Of a stretch of 48,402 bases of DNA, positions 20,881 through 29,900 are shown one piece after another. Under the pieces are notes generated by a model. That model ran no database searches. It was not told the DNA's origin and was given only the letters and a program-made list of their open reading frames with translations. The stretch spans positions 77,642-126,043 of the forward strand of contig JACPAY010000007.1 in the NCBI GenBank assembly GCA_016180575.1, in the 5' to 3' direction. Source of the stretch: Candidatus Omnitrophota bacterium (GTDB lineage: Bacteria > Omnitrophota > Gorgyraeia > Aquiviventales > Aquiviventaceae). The position numbers and the translations under genes were made by a program. The number at the start of each line of letters is the position of its first letter. Position 1 is the first letter of the stretch.

Positions 20881-23076
20881 ATGGCCCAGCCACTCTACGT
20901 TGCCTTCGTCTGGCACATGCACCAGCCCTACTACCGGGACCTGGCGACCGGCGGCTGCGCCCTGCCGTGGGTCCGGCTCCACGCCGTCAAAGACTACCTG
21001 GACATGGTCGAGCGCCTGTCGCGCTTTCCCGCCATCCACCAGACCTTCAACCTGGTCCCCTCGCTCCTGGACCAGCTGGAGGAGTACCTGCCGCCCGCCA
21101 GCCGCTCCGACGCGTTCCTGGACCTCTCGCGCAAGCCAGCCGCCAGCCTCTCGGGAGAGGAGCAACGGTTCCTCCTGCGGTGGTTCTTTCTCGCCCACAT
21201 CGAGCGGATGATCAGGCCGTCCCCGCGCTACCATGACCTGCTCGCCAAACGCGGCCTGGAGGTGCGGGGCGAGGATTGGCCGAGGATCCAGAAACGCTTC
21301 CACGCCCAGGACTATCTCGACCTCCAGGTCTGGTTCAACCTGTCCTGGATCGACCCCTGGCTGCGCCGCCAGGAGCCCGGGCTGGCGGCGTTGGAGCAGA
21401 AAGGCGCCCACTTCACCGAGGAAGAGAAGGGCCGCGTCCTGGACCATCAGCTGGCGCTGATGGCGCGGGTCATCCCCGCCTATCGGGAGGCGGCCCGGCG
21501 CGGGCAGGTGGAGCTGACGACCTCGCCCTACTACCACCCCATCCTGCCGCTCCTGTGCGACAGCCGCGCGGCCCTGTCCGCCCTGCCGCACCTGCCGCTG
21601 CCGGCACGGCTGTTCCGGCATCCCGACGACGCCCGGTGGCAGCTCGGCGAGGCGCTGCGCCGGCACCAGGCGGCATTCGGAGCGCCTGCCGCCGGCGTCT
21701 GGCCTTCGGAGGGCAGCGTCAGCGAGGAGACCATCCAGCTGGCGATCGAGGCGGGGGTGCGCTGGGTCGCCACGGACGAGGCGATCCTGTGGCGGACGCT
21801 CAAGAGCGCCCGCGCCCCCTCGCAGCTGTACCGGCCCCATCTCCTGCGCCGGAAGGGCGGGCAGACCGCAATCGTCTTCCGCGACCGGGAGCTCTCCGAC
21901 GTGATCGGCTTCGTCTACAGCCAGTGGGACCCCGCAACCGCCGTGGGCGATTTCCTCAACCGGCTCGGCGCCATCCACCAGCAGTTCCGGTCCGCCTCCC
22001 AGCCGGCGCTCGTCACCGTCATCCTGGACGGCGAGAACGCCTGGGAGTTCTATCCGAACGACGGCCATGAGTTCCTGGAGCGCCTCTACGGGGCGCTCGC
22101 CGCGGATGAGCGGTTCCGGTGCGTGACCGTCAGCGAGTTCCTCGCGAGCCATCCGGTCGAGCAGGCTGAGTCGCTGCCGGACCTCGCCAGCGGGTCATGG
22201 ATCGACGGCAACTTCGCCACCTGGATCGGCCATCCGGAGAAAAACGCGGCCTGGGCGCTGCTCGCCCAGGCGCGGGAAACACTCGCCCCGCTGCGCCGGG
22301 ACGATCCCGCCACCGTCCAGGCGTGGCGGTCGCTGGGTATCGCGGAAGGCAGCGACTGGATGTGGTGGTTCGGCGACACCCACTTCTCCGCCCAGGCCGA
22401 GGAGTTCGACCAGCTCTTCCGGACGCACCTGGCCAACGTCTACCGGCTCGCGGGCCTTGAGCCGCCGGCGGAGCTGCAGCAGCCGATCCGGCGCCGAGCG
22501 GCGGAAGCCCCCCATGGGCCGACCGGGATGCTGCACCCCACCATCGATGGGCGGGAGACGTCCTACTACGAGTGGCTCTACGCGGGCCGGATCGACCTGA
22601 CCCAGCAGTACGCCGCCATCCAACGCAGCGAGCAGTGCCTCCACCGGCTTGCCTACGGATTTGACGAGACGCACCACTATTTTCGCCTCGACCTGGACCG
22701 CGCGGTCCTCAGCCGCGTGACCGCCTGGGCCATTGAGCTGACCCTCGCTGAGGAGGTCGAGGTCCGCATCGCCCCGGCCCCTGGCGCGCCGCCCGGCGAA
22801 TGGAAGGGAACCTCCGGCGTGTTCCCGATTCATGCCGAGCTACGGCCTGCCGAGTCCGAAACGACCGCAGCATCTCGCGAGCTGCGGTGCGCCCTGGGAC
22901 GCCTCCTGGAACTGGCCGTTCCCCGGCACAGCCTTCCGCTCAAGCCTGGTGAGAAGCTCCGGCTGATCGTGACGCTCAGGGCAGGGAAGGACGTCCTCGA
23001 GCGCTACCCCGCCGAAGGCGCCTTTGAGCTCAGCGCCTCTCCGGCAGACCTGGAGGCCCAGGCCTGGCCTGTCTAA
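20881..23076 (+). CDS. Glycoside hydrolase family 57 (amylopullulanase-like)
   Basis: WHMHQP, PWVRLH, YYHPILPL, GVWPSEG (nucleophile), ILDGENAWE (acid/base), AEGSDWMWW. Confidence 0.93.
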   Translation: MAQPLYVAFVWHMHQPYYRDLATGGCALPWVRLHAVKDYLDMVERLSRFPAIHQTFNLVPSLLDQLEEYLPPASRSDAFLDLSRKPAASLSGEEQRFLLRWFFLAHIERMIRPSPRYHDLLAKRGLEVRGEDWPRIQKRFHAQDYLDLQVWFNLSWIDPWLRRQEPGLAALEQKGAHFTEEEKGRVLDHQLALMARVIPAYREAARRGQVELTTSPYYHPILPLLCDSRAALSALPHLPLPARLFRHPDDARWQLGEALRRHQAAFGAPAAGVWPSEGSVSEETIQLAIEAGVRWVATDEAILWRTLKSARAPSQLYRPHLLRRKGGQTAIVFRDRELSDVIGFVYSQWDPATAVGDFLNRLGAIHQQFRSASQPALVTVILDGENAWEFYPNDGHEFLERLYGALAADERFRCVTVSEFLASHPVEQAESLPDLASGSWIDGNFATWIGHPEKNAAWALLAQARETLAPLRRDDPATVQAWRSLGIAEGSDWMWWFGDTHFSAQAEEFDQLFRTHLANVYRLAGLEPPAELQQPIRRRAAEAPHGPTGMLHPTIDGRETSYYEWLYAGRIDLTQQYAAIQRSEQCLHRLAYGFDETHHYFRLDLDRAVLSRVTAWAIELTLAEEVEVRIAPAPGAPPGEWKGTSGVFPIHAELRPAESETTAASRELRCALGRLLELAVPRHSLPLKPGEKLRLIVTLRAGKDVLERYPAEGAFELSASPADLEAQAWPV

Positions 23077-23090
23077 CCCCGAATCGCGCC

Positions 23091-23119
23091 TTGATTTACC
23101 GACGGCGGTGGTCTATAAT
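23091..23119 (+). promoter_or_regulatory. sigma70 promoter for ino1
   Basis: TTGATT-17 nt-TATAAT. Confidence 0.75.
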
Positions 23120-23139
23120 GAGGTTTTCCTCTGACCCAA

Positions 23140-24243
23140 ATGAAGCCGATCCGAATTGCCATCGCCGGCGTGGGGAACTGCGCGAGCTCGCTCCTGCAGG
23201 GGCTGCGCTACTACGCAACCCCCCACGTCAACAACGGCCGGTCCGTGCGGGGCCTGTTGCATCCCCGCATCGGCTCCTACACCCCCTCCGACATCCAGGT
23301 CGTCGCCGCGTTCGACATTGACGCGCGCAAGGTCGGCAAGCCGCTTGAGGCTGCCTGCACTGCCCCCCCGAACTGCACCGCTCAGTTCATCCGGCGCTTC
23401 CCCCGCTACGGCGTCCGCGTCCAGATGGGGCCGGTGCTGGACGGGGTCGCCTCGCACATGCGCCGGTACCCCAGCGCCCAGACCTTCGTCGTCTCGAAGG
23501 CGCGCCCCGTCGATGTCGCCCGCGTCCTGAAGGAGTCCGGCGCCGAGATCCTTCTGAACTACCTGCCGGTCGGGTCCCAGCGCGCGACGGAGGCCTACGC
23601 GAACGCCTGCCTGTCGGCCGGGGTGAGCCTGCTCAACTGCATCCCGGTCTTCATCGCGTCCGACCGGCGGTGGGCGGCCCGCTTCGCCGCGCGCGGCATC
23701 CCGCTCATCGGCGATGACGTCAAGAGCCAGGTCGGCGCCACCATCCTGCATCGGGCGCTCGCCAGGCTCTTCCTGGAGCGCGGGGCGGCCATCGACCGGA
23801 CCTACCAGCTGAACGTCGGCGGCAACACCGACTTCCTGAACATGCTCAATCAGGACCGCCTGAAGATGAAGAAGGTGTCCAAAACCGAGGCGGTCCAGTC
23901 CGTCCTCCTCAAGCGCCTCGACAGCACCGATATCCACATCGGCCCGAGCGACTACGTCCCCTGGCAACGTGACCGGAAGGTCTGCTTCCTGCGGATCGAG
24001 GGCCGGGGGTTCGGCGATTGCCCGATCGAGCTCGAGGCGCGGCTCTCGGTGGAGGACTCGCCGAACAGCGCCGGCATGACGATTGACGCCATCCGGTGCC
24101 TGCGCCTCGCCCGCGACCGGCACCTGAGCGGGCCCTTGCTGTCCATCTCCGCATGGACCATGAAGCACCCGCCCCAGCCCATGCCGGATGAGCAGGCCAG
24201 CCAGCTGGTCGAGGCCTTCATCCGTGGCAGCAGCAACCGCTAG
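23140..24243 (+). CDS. ino1: myo-inositol-1-phosphate synthase
   Basis: GVGNCASS, NYLPVGS, GDDVKSQVGAT, YQLNVGGNTDFLNM, HIGPSDYVPW, EDSPNSAG. Confidence 0.97.
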   Translation: MKPIRIAIAGVGNCASSLLQGLRYYATPHVNNGRSVRGLLHPRIGSYTPSDIQVVAAFDIDARKVGKPLEAACTAPPNCTAQFIRRFPRYGVRVQMGPVLDGVASHMRRYPSAQTFVVSKARPVDVARVLKESGAEILLNYLPVGSQRATEAYANACLSAGVSLLNCIPVFIASDRRWAARFAARGIPLIGDDVKSQVGATILHRALARLFLERGAAIDRTYQLNVGGNTDFLNMLNQDRLKMKKVSKTEAVQSVLLKRLDSTDIHIGPSDYVPWQRDRKVCFLRIEGRGFGDCPIELEARLSVEDSPNSAGMTIDAIRCLRLARDRHLSGPLLSISAWTMKHPPQPMPDEQASQLVEAFIRGSSNR

Positions 24244-25108
24244 CCCTCCCGAGTCGTCTCTCCACTCCGCGCCCCCTGAGACCTGCCGCACCGCCTGGTG
24301 GGCCGTGGGACGATTCGTCCTCTCGCTCCTGCTCATCAGCGCGATCCTGACCCTGCTCGCCGCGCCCTGGACATCCCTCTCCTGGTGGAAGGTCTTCCGG
24401 CGCTGCGTGTCCATCGCGGCGGCGCTCAGCCTTTGGCTCTGCATCCGGAGGTGGGAGGGACGGTCGCTCCGCGCCTACGGGCTGGGCGCCTGGGCGGGAT
24501 CCGGGGGAGGGAAGCGCCAGCTCCGCTTCGGCCTCGGGCTTGGCCTGGCGGCACTGGGGATGATGCTGGGGATCGGCGTGGCGAGCGGGGCGGTGCGCTT
24601 TGAGCTCACCCCGGACCGCGTGCGGCTCTGGCGCACCGTGCTGGGGTTCGTGCCGGTCGCGGCGCTGGTCAGCGTCTTGGAAGAGCTCGTCTTCCGCGGG
24701 CTCCTGCTCCAGCGCCTGATGGCCTGCTCCACGCCGCTGGCGGTGGGGCTGAGCAGCGCCTGCTATGCGCTCGTCCACCTGAAGGAGTCCACGTTCACGG
24801 CGCAGGCTTCGCGCGAGCTGGGCGGGCTCTTTCTCCTGGGGGTCGTCCTGTCGCTCAGCTACCTGCGCACACGGCAGCTGTATCTCGCGATCGGCCTGCA
24901 CGCCGTCCTGGCGTACGGCGCGAGGGTGAACAAGCTGGTGATCGCGTTCGCCGACCCGTCAAATGCGTGGCTCGTCGGGACAAGCCGGCTCGTGGACGGC
25001 GTGCTGGCGTGGGCGGCGCTGGCTGGGGCCGGCGGCTGCGTGCTGTGGTGGACCCGGCGGATGGGCGTCACGAATCCGGGAAGAGCTCTTTCTTCTGCGC
25101 GTCGGTGA
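24224..25108 (+). CDS. CPBP/Abi (CAAX-like) intramembrane glutamic protease
   Basis: EELVFRG, YALVH, AIGLH motifs and multiple TM helices; start uncertain. Confidence 0.88.
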   Translation: MAAATASPPESSLHSAPPETCRTAWWAVGRFVLSLLLISAILTLLAAPWTSLSWWKVFRRCVSIAAALSLWLCIRRWEGRSLRAYGLGAWAGSGGGKRQLRFGLGLGLAALGMMLGIGVASGAVRFELTPDRVRLWRTVLGFVPVAALVSVLEELVFRGLLLQRLMACSTPLAVGLSSACYALVHLKESTFTAQASRELGGLFLLGVVLSLSYLRTRQLYLAIGLHAVLAYGARVNKLVIAFADPSNAWLVGTSRLVDGVLAWAALAGAGGCVLWWTRRMGVTNPGRALSSARR

Positions 25109-25352
25109 GCGTGCGCTTGACCGCGTTCACGACGCGCGTGAGCTCAAGGTCGAGCGCGGTGATGAAGGAGAGCAGCCGCTGGGTGAGCCAAAACACGCCG
25201 CAGAGGGCGACGCCGAGCACCGAGGTCGCCATCTGGAGTTCGGGGGCGGGGACGAGGAGGAGGTAGAGGAAAACCCCCACCGCCATGAGGATGAGGTAGA
25301 TCTTCAGCCGATCCACCGTCTGCAGAAAGCGGCGGTCTCTCGGATTCAGCAT
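25068..25352 (-). CDS. Small hypothetical membrane protein (2 TM)
   Basis: Two hydrophobic helices, host-like codon usage; start ATG 25352 or 25358. Confidence 0.7.
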   Translation of the reverse strand: MLNPRDRRFLQTVDRLKIYLILMAVGVFLYLLLVPAPELQMATSVLGVALCGVFWLTQRLLSFITALDLELTRVVNAVKRTLTDAQKKELFPDS

Positions 25353-25358
25353 AGCCAT

Positions 25359-25366
25359 AGTATAAC
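25359..25366. promoter_or_regulatory. Overlapping bidirectional -10 elements
   Basis: TATAAC (+, 25361-66) and TATACT (-, 25364-59), each 6 nt from an ATG. Confidence 0.6.
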
Positions 25367-25372
25367 CAGCCG

Positions 25373-26083
25373 ATGCCTTCCGTGCAAGACCCCCTGACGA
25401 CGGCCTGCTTCGATTTCGACGGCGTCCTCATCGATACGATGCCGCTGCACGCCCGCGCGTGGCAGGAGGCGGCGAAGCCGCTCGGCCTCGGCGTCTCGCG
25501 GCGGGCCATCTACGAGTGGGAAGGGGAGTCCGGCATCGTCACGGCGCGCAAGCTCCTCTCCCGGCGCCGCCTCTCCCAGGCCTCGGCGGCGGCGCTGCTC
25601 CGGGACAAAGAGCGCCGCTTCCAGCAGCTGGCGCGCCGCGTCCGCATCAAGCCGGCGCTGGCCGCCCTGCTGGGGCGGCTCTCGCGGCGGGGCATCCGTC
25701 TTGGCCTGGTGACGGGGACGTCGGCCGGGGAGCTGCGCCGCGTGATGCCGCCTGCGCTCTTGGCGAGATTCCATGCCGTCATCACGGGGGATGAGGTGCG
25801 CCGCGGGAAGCCACACCCGGAGCCCTATCTCAAGGCCCTGCGGCGATTGCGGGCCAGCCCCCGCCGAACCATTGTGATCGAGAACGCCCCGTATGGCATC
25901 CGGTCGGCGCGCCGGGCCAGGGTCGGCGTCGTCATCGCCCTGGCCAGCTCGTTGCCGCCCCAGTTCCTCCGGGAAGCGCACGGCGTCGTCCGATCCGTGC
26001 GGGAGTTGTGCGCCGTCGTCGAGCGATTGACAATGCCGCAACACTCCCGATACAATAGCCGGGCCAAAGACAAGGAGACATGA
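25373..26083 (+). CDS. HAD family phosphatase (beta-PGM-like)
   Basis: FDFDGVLIDT, LVTGT, GKPHPEPY, VIENAPYG. Confidence 0.93.
   Translation: MPSVQDPLTTACFDFDGVLIDTMPLHARAWQEAAKPLGLGVSRRAIYEWEGESGIVTARKLLSRRRLSQASAAALLRDKERRFQQLARRVRIKPALAALLGRLSRRGIRLGLVTGTSAGELRRVMPPALLARFHAVITGDEVRRGKPHPEPYLKALRRLRASPRRTIVIENAPYGIRSARRARVGVVIALASSLPPQFLREAHGVVRSVRELCAVVERLTMPQHSRYNSRAKDKET
26027..26056 (+). promoter_or_regulatory. Internal sigma70 promoter in the HAD 3' end
   Basis: TTGACA-18 nt-TACAAT, followed by an AAGGAG RBS. Confidence 0.65.
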
Positions 26084-26421
26084 TGGCCATGAGACGGCTC
26101 GCGCATCGGGCGGCGCTCGCGATCAGCCTGGTGGGGCTCGCGGGGTCGCCAGCCTGGGCTCAAGACCCGATCCACAAAATGGGGCGTGGGGTCGCGAACG
26201 TCCTGACAGGCTGGATTGAGCTCCCAAAACAGATCCACCTCGGCAAGCAGGAAGACAACCCGGTCGCGGGGATCGGCTGGGGGCTCCTGAAGGGCGCCGG
26301 ACTCACGGTGCTGCGCGCCGGCGTGGGGGTCTACGAGGCGGTGACGTTTCCGCTGCCGTATCCGAAAGGCTTCGCGTCGCCCTATGAACAGATGGAACTG
26401 ACCGATTACGCCTGGGAATAG
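26080..26421 (+). CDS. Putative exosortase-system-associated protein (TIGR04073-like)
   Basis: Signal peptide AWA; KMGRGVANVLTGWIELP; GVYEAVTFPLP. Confidence 0.75.
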   Translation: MMAMRRLAHRAALAISLVGLAGSPAWAQDPIHKMGRGVANVLTGWIELPKQIHLGKQEDNPVAGIGWGLLKGAGLTVLRAGVGVYEAVTFPLPYPKGFASPYEQMELTDYAWE

Positions 26422-27232
26422 CTGCCTCGCGGCCCTGGCAACCGCTGGCCTGCTGGCCTTGCCGGGCCAAGCCTTGAGCGGCGAAGCGCCGGGAAGCCGC
26501 CTGCACCCGCGCGTCGGCGAGCGGCTGAGCTTCCATGGCCGGTGGATGGGGGTGCCGGTCGGCCACGGCTGGATCGAGGTCAAGGAGATCGTCGAGCTTG
26601 AGGGGCGGCGGGCCTACCATATCGAAGCCCAGGGCCACTCCAACGAGCTCTTGTCCGCCTTCTATCCCATCCACGACGTCATCCATTCCTACCTGGACGC
26701 GGAGACGCTCCAGCCGCTCCGCTTCGAGAAAAGCCAGCGCGAAGGGCACTACCGGGCGGATGAGGTGGTGGTGTTCGACCAGGGCTCGCGCCGCGCGACC
26801 TACCGGTCGCTCCTCAACCAGTCCGTGAAGGACATCGAGCTGCCAGGGGAGGTCCAGGACCTCATCAGCGCCCTCTACTGGTTCCGCAACCAGCCGCTCC
26901 GCTTCGACGAGACGCTCACCCTGGACCTCTACACGGATGAGAAGATTTACCGGACGGACGTCGCGGTCGGGGCGCCCTTCCTGCTGGAGCTGTTAAAGCG
27001 CGGGACGTTCCGGTGCTTCGCAGTGGAACCGCAGGCCTCCTTCAAAGGGCTCCTGGTGAAGCGGGGGCGGCTCTGGGCCTACGTGACGGCTGATGAGCAT
27101 CGGTTGCCGCTCCTCGTGAAAGCCACCACCCCCTGGGGGCAGATGACCGCCGTCCTCGATGAGACATCCATCCCGACGGCCCTGCCGGCCCGGATCCCAG
27201 CAGATGCGCGCCGTGGTGCAGCGGGTCCGTAG
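26408..27232 (+). CDS. DUF3108 family exported protein; true start uncertain
   Basis: GERLSF..WMGVPVG, DLISALYWFR, WAYVTADEHRLP; signal-peptide-like segment upstream of TTG26459. Confidence 0.75.
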   Translation, partial: TPGNSCLAALATAGLLALPGQALSGEAPGSRLHPRVGERLSFHGRWMGVPVGHGWIEVKEIVELEGRRAYHIEAQGHSNELLSAFYPIHDVIHSYLDAETLQPLRFEKSQREGHYRADEVVVFDQGSRRATYRSLLNQSVKDIELPGEVQDLISALYWFRNQPLRFDETLTLDLYTDEKIYRTDVAVGAPFLLELLKRGTFRCFAVEPQASFKGLLVKRGRLWAYVTADEHRLPLLVKATTPWGQMTAVLDETSIPTALPARIPADARRGAAGP

Positions 27233-27338
27233 CGACGCCCTCCGCCAGCCTATTCCTTGAGCTCCATAAAACGTCTTATAATAGATATTCTGTAAAATAA
27301 TAGCTACCTTTGGCGCTCCAGTGGGTAACCATGAGGAG

Positions 27339-28226
27339 CTACGGCAGATTGGCCTGAAAAAAGCTGGCAAGACGCATGTGATACGCGTCGGGGTCGAGCG
27401 AAAACCCCTCGAGATGGCCGGCGTGGTCGATCACCCAGAGCTCCTTCGGCTCGCCCGCCCGGTCAGCGATGCGGTGGCTCCCCTCGAGCGGCATCCGGGG
27501 GTCCGTCGCGCCGTGGATGAGCAGCAACGGCCGTGGAGCGAGCCGGGCGGCGCTCTCCTCCGGTGAAACCTGCCTCGGCCAGACCCCGAAGCGCAGGCGG
27601 TAGGTCGCCAGCACGAACCATCGGAACGGCAGCCGCGGCAACAAGGGGTACATGAGGCTCATGTGCCGGCCGATCGACTCCTCCAGGTTCGGATAGGGGC
27701 TGTCGGCGGCCACCGCCCCGATGCGCTCGTCCCTCGCGGCCACCATCAGGGCCACGGCGCCCCCCATCGAGATCCCATAGACCCCATAGGGGGCCGCGGG
27801 GATGTCCGGCTGCTGTCCGAGGAAGCTCAGCGCCCCCTCCAGATCGCGCTGCTCGCGCCATCCGAATGAGGTCACCCGCCCATGACTGCCGCCATGGCCC
27901 CGGAAGTCGAACAAGAACAGGTTGAACCCCGCCTCGTGCAGCCCTGCGGCGATGTCCAGGAGGTCGGCGCGGTTGGCTCCCAGCCCATGGCACAGCAGGA
28001 TCCAGGGGCGGGACGGCTCACCGGGGATCTTCCAGCCTTCCAGCCTGGTCCCATCGGTGGCCTGGAACTCGACGGTTTCCGAGCCGAGGTGGAGGAGCTC
28101 CGGCGCCTGGGCGATCGGCATCCGCGGCAGGACGGTGTTGCGCAGGAAGAGGGCCGCGGAGAGACACCACGTCCAGAAGACCGCCAGGAAGAGGATTTCA
28201 AGGACGAGCACGAGCGGACGGCTCAC
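27339..28226 (-). CDS. Membrane-anchored alpha/beta hydrolase
   Basis: CHG, FDFRGHG, GISMGG, IHGATD, AGH. Confidence 0.92.
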   Translation of the reverse strand: MSRPLVLVLEILFLAVFWTWCLSAALFLRNTVLPRMPIAQAPELLHLGSETVEFQATDGTRLEGWKIPGEPSRPWILLCHGLGANRADLLDIAAGLHEAGFNLFLFDFRGHGGSHGRVTSFGWREQRDLEGALSFLGQQPDIPAAPYGVYGISMGGAVALMVAARDERIGAVAADSPYPNLEESIGRHMSLMYPLLPRLPFRWFVLATYRLRFGVWPRQVSPEESAARLAPRPLLLIHGATDPRMPLEGSHRIADRAGEPKELWVIDHAGHLEGFSLDPDAYHMRLASFFQANLP

Positions 28227-28621
28227 TTGACGGTGCTGCCGGCCCGGATGGGCCGCTCGGGCGCGACCAGCACGATGGCGCCGCTGTCGGATGCCGCCAG
28301 GACCATCCCCTGGCTCTCCACGCCCCGCAGCGTCGCCGGCTTCATGTTGGCGACCACCACGACGTGCTTGCCGATGAGGTCTGCGGCCTGATAGGAGCCC
28401 TTGATCCCGGCCACGAGCCGCCGCGGGGCTCCCTCACCGATATCCACGGTCAAGACGAGCAGCCGGTCGGCGTTGGGGTGGTCCTCGGCGGCCGTCACCA
28501 CGCCGATGCGAAGCGCGAGGCGCTGGAACTCCTCAATGGAGATCGCAGCGGGCTGCGGCGCGGGGGCGGGCTTCCCTGCCCCCTCACCAATGGGATGGAC
28601 GGGGGGGCCTGCCTCGCTCAT
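28223..28621 (-). CDS. tRNA-binding OB-fold protein (MetRS C-terminal/Trbp111/CsaA-like)
   Basis: ISIEEF, HPNADRL, VANMKPATLRGVESQGMVLAA. Confidence 0.9.
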   Translation of the reverse strand: MSEAGPPVHPIGEGAGKPAPAPQPAAISIEEFQRLALRIGVVTAAEDHPNADRLLVLTVDIGEGAPRRLVAGIKGSYQAADLIGKHVVVVANMKPATLRGVESQGMVLAASDSGAIVLVAPERPIRAGSTVK

Positions 28622-28896
28622 GTGGCGGCCGGGCCCGACGCCAGGACCGGGGCTTCCTGTGGGGGGACCATGGAGATGGCGTCCCAGGGGCAGATCTTCT
28701 CGCAGAGCCAGCAGCCGATGCACTTCGGCTGGTCGACGATGCACGTGCTGTTGAGACCGGCGTATTCCGGCCCCGGCAGCTTGTCGATGCAATCGACCGG
28801 GCAGACCGCCACGCACACCTCGCAGCCGGTGCAGCTGTCGGGGTTGATGAGCGCCTTCGGCCGTCCCTTCCTCGGCTGCAGGGTCGCGACCGCCAT
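28618..28896 (-). CDS. 2x[4Fe-4S] ferredoxin
   Basis: CTGCEVCVAVCP and CIGCWLCEKICP. Confidence 0.93.
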   Translation of the reverse strand: MAVATLQPRKGRPKALINPDSCTGCEVCVAVCPVDCIDKLPGPEYAGLNSTCIVDQPKCIGCWLCEKICPWDAISMVPPQEAPVLASGPAAT

Positions 28897-28898
28897 GG

Positions 28899-29345
28899 TC
28901 AGGTCTTGGGTTTCAGCCGCTCGGCCACAAGCCCGCTGACCATCTTGCCCTCGGCCGCTCCGGCCGCCTTGCCCATCACGTACTTCATGACCGGGCCCTG
29001 GGCCGGCCCCACGGCGGCGATCGCTTCCTCGATGAGCCGCTTCAGCGCCTCGGGCGGAAGCGGCTGCGGCAGATAGCCGTTCAGCAAGGCCAGTTCCTCC
29101 GTCGCTGGCGCCAGCACGTCGTCGCGGCGGCCCTGCTTGGCGGATTCGATCGTCTCGCGGCACTGCTTCGCCTGCTGGGCGATGACCTGGAGGACCTCCT
29201 GGTCGTCCAGGGCCGGCTTGCGCTTCTCAATGGCCGCGCGCTGCATGGCCGCCTTGATGAGGCGCAGGGTGTCCACCCGCCGGCGCTCGCCGGCCTTCAG
29301 GGCGGTCTTATAGTCGGCTTCAATCCGTTCCGTGAGCGTGGCCAT
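28899..29345 (-). CDS. GatB/YqeY domain protein
   Basis: KTALKAG, LRLIKAA, YLPQPL, GPVMKYVM. Confidence 0.93.
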   Translation of the reverse strand: MATLTERIEADYKTALKAGERRRVDTLRLIKAAMQRAAIEKRKPALDDQEVLQVIAQQAKQCRETIESAKQGRRDDVLAPATEELALLNGYLPQPLPPEALKRLIEEAIAAVGPAQGPVMKYVMGKAAGAAEGKMVSGLVAERLKPKT

Positions 29346-29350
29346 AGCCT

Positions 29351-29379
29351 ATTGTCGCATCAAAGGGAGAGAGCGTCAA
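29351..29379 (-). promoter_or_regulatory. Promoter for leaderless yqeY, overlapping the NUDIX stop codon
   Basis: TTGACG-17 nt-GACAAT with TGn extension, 5 nt from ATG. Confidence 0.6.
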
Positions 29380-29900
29380 ATCAGATGCCGGGCAAACAGC
29401 ACGCCGATGATGGACTTGGCGTCACAGATGGCGCCGGAGCGGATCTTCGCCAGCGCCGCCCGGACCGACAGGACGACCGGCCGGACCGACTCATCCGGGT
29501 CCGGCCGCGACCGGACAGGGGTCAGCCCCTCCGCAAGAAAGATCGTGATCTGCTCCGTGGTGAACCCCGGGGCGGTGTAGAACGCCCCGAGACGGCGCAG
29601 CCGTCGGGCGCGCCACCCGGTCTCCTCTTGCAGCTCGCGCGCGGCGCACGCGCGCCTGGGCTCCCCAGGCTCCAGGGTGCCGGCCGGCAGCTCGAGCAGC
29701 TCCCGCCTGACGGCGCGGCGGTACTGGCGCACGAACACGATGTGGGAGCGGTCGAGCATGGGCACAATCACGGCGGCGCCCGGATGGCGCACCGTCTCGC
29801 GGACGATGCGCCGGCCGCGGACCTCCAGGACCTCCTGGACGAGCTGGATGATGCGTCCCCGGTAGCGGGTGGCGCGCCGGATGAGCCTGACGCGCGCCAT
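29376..29900 (-). CDS. NUDIX hydrolase, ADP-ribose pyrophosphatase-like
   Basis: HPGAA, RQYR, ELPAG, Nudix box GTLEPGE...ARELQEETG, PG, DAKS. Confidence 0.93.
   Translation of the reverse strand: MARVRLIRRATRYRGRIIQLVQEVLEVRGRRIVRETVRHPGAAVIVPMLDRSHIVFVRQYRRAVRRELLELPAGTLEPGEPRRACAARELQEETGWRARRLRRLGAFYTAPGFTTEQITIFLAEGLTPVRSRPDPDESVRPVVLSVRAALAKIRSGAICDAKSIIGVLFARHLI

Noticed and set aside
22795-22840. Possible further hairpin inserts (GH57 ggcgaat..gggaac/gttccc..attcatgcc; dnaE 4100-4170; acyl-CoA DH 39505-39530)
   Set aside because: These stems are short and imperfect, lack the family termini, and are compatible with chance at this GC content
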